IMG/VR virus record: IMGVR_UViG_3300023082_000009
Coordinates: 1-64,000 of that record
DNA from: a virus
DNA length: 64,000 bases
Strand: one strand, 5' to 3'
The notes under the pieces are model-generated. The model was not told where the DNA came from. It ran no database searches and was given only the letters and a program-made list of their open reading frames with translations. The position numbers and the translations under genes are program-made. Shown in pieces: positions 63,268-64,000 of the stretch. Positions within the stretch are counted from its first letter, which is position 1. Each line of letters starts with the position of its first letter.

Positions 63268-63704
63268 GCCGCCTGGAGCTGTACACCGACGGTGCCCGCA
63301 AAGGTGACAAGGTAGGCGGGTGGGGTTGCCTGATACGCTGGGGCAATGTGGAGAAGGAACTCTTCGGCGGCGAGCGTGACACCACCAACAACCGCATGGA
63401 GATGATGGGCGTGATCGAGGGGCTGCATGCCCTGACCAGGACCGACCTGGACATCCTGATCACCACCGACAGCCAGTACGTGATGAAGGGTGCCACCGAG
63501 TGGCGGCGCGGGTGGATAGGCCGAGGCTGGCGGACAGGCGAAGGCGAGCCCGTCAAGAACAAGGACTTGTGGATCGAGATGTACTCCCTACTAGACCAGC
63601 ACAACGTGGAGTGGAAGTGGGTCAAGGGCCACAAGGGTCACCCGGAGAACGAGCGCGCAGACGCCTTGGCCAACAAGGGTGTGGACTGGGCAAGGCAACA
63701 GTAG
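63264..63704 (+). CDS. rnhA: Ribonuclease HI
   Basis: YTDG, TTNNRME, TDSQY, VKNKDLW, WVKGH-x-G-x2-ENE-x-AD. Confidence 0.95.
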   Translation: MSRLELYTDGARKGDKVGGWGCLIRWGNVEKELFGGERDTTNNRMEMMGVIEGLHALTRTDLDILITTDSQYVMKGATEWRRGWIGRGWRTGEGEPVKNKDLWIEMYSLLDQHNVEWKWVKGHKGHPENERADALANKGVDWARQQ

Positions 63705-63750
63705 TTGCCCCAGGCCCGGTCAGTGGCTATCATCAGCAGGACGAATAATC

Positions 63751-63780
63751 AAGCCTCGGCATTCGCCGGGGCTTTCTTTT
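63751..63780 (+). terminator. Rho-independent terminator
   Basis: AAGCCTCGGC-ATTC-GCCGGGGCTT-TCTTTT. Confidence 0.7.
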
Positions 63781-63790
63781 GGAGAACGCC

Positions 63791-64000
63791 ATGTCTTGCG
63801 GACCTACAGTAAGCGTCAAGCGCGGCGCCAGCCTGACGCTCCAGCATCGAGTAAAGATCGACGGCAAGGTCACCGACCTGACCGGGTGGCAGTTCGCCTC
63901 GACCGTCAAGCAGGGTGACCGCGTGCTGGGTGAGTTTATCTTCACGCCCACCGACATTGCCCATGGTCAGGTGCAGATGGATCTGCAAACCGACGAGACG
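63791..64000 (+). CDS. Partial ORF running off the window, possible virion Ig-like/BppU-N-like protein
   Basis: GGAG RBS; MSCGPTVSVKRG...DLTGWQFAS; no stop before the window ends. Confidence 0.5.
   Translation, partial: MSCGPTVSVKRGASLTLQHRVKIDGKVTDLTGWQFASTVKQGDRVLGEFIFTPTDIAHGQVQMDLQTDET

Noticed and set aside
1-64000. Prophage/lysogeny module, tRNA, rRNA, introns, inteins or diversity-generating retroelement
   Set aside because: No integrase, host genes, cloverleaf, reverse transcriptase or interrupted polymerase, helicase or terminase was recognised; the rest of the genome is not visible.

Overview
This window is a 64-kb stretch of a GC-rich dsDNA tailed phage (siphovirus-type: tail tube, G/GT chaperone frameshift, 1715-aa tape measure, no sheath). 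The host is probably Pseudomonas or a related GC-rich proteobacterium; that is an inference from the gene set and codon style. All credible genes lie on the + strand. Order: head (portal end, XkdF-like protease, scaffold, major capsid), neck and tail, several fibre/receptor-binding genes, lysis cassette, a sigma70-driven Ycf46-like AAA ATPase/DUF1257/DUF2997 module, replication and recombination genes (initiator-like protein with internal iterons, DnaB-like helicase, UDG-like domain fused to PolA, primase, SSB, SF2 helicase, RecA-like protein, nucleases), a ParB / rhomboid / ParB-ParB-methyltransferase / CmoA-like cluster directly before the terminase, then thyA, ligase, dCTP deaminase, PhoH and RNase H. 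No integrase, tRNA, rRNA or CRISPR array was seen. The strongest unexplained signals are: (1) an imperfect palindrome GTGCAA-TCAA-TTGCAC found about 17 times, roughly every 4 kb, both between genes and inside coding sequence; (2) the terminase-linked ParB/methyltransferase/CmoA-like cluster, a candidate DNA-modification system; (3) short Arg-rich terminal tags shared by many unrelated DNA-handling proteins, together with an RGG-rich disordered SSB tail. Family assignments come from recalled motifs, not database searches.
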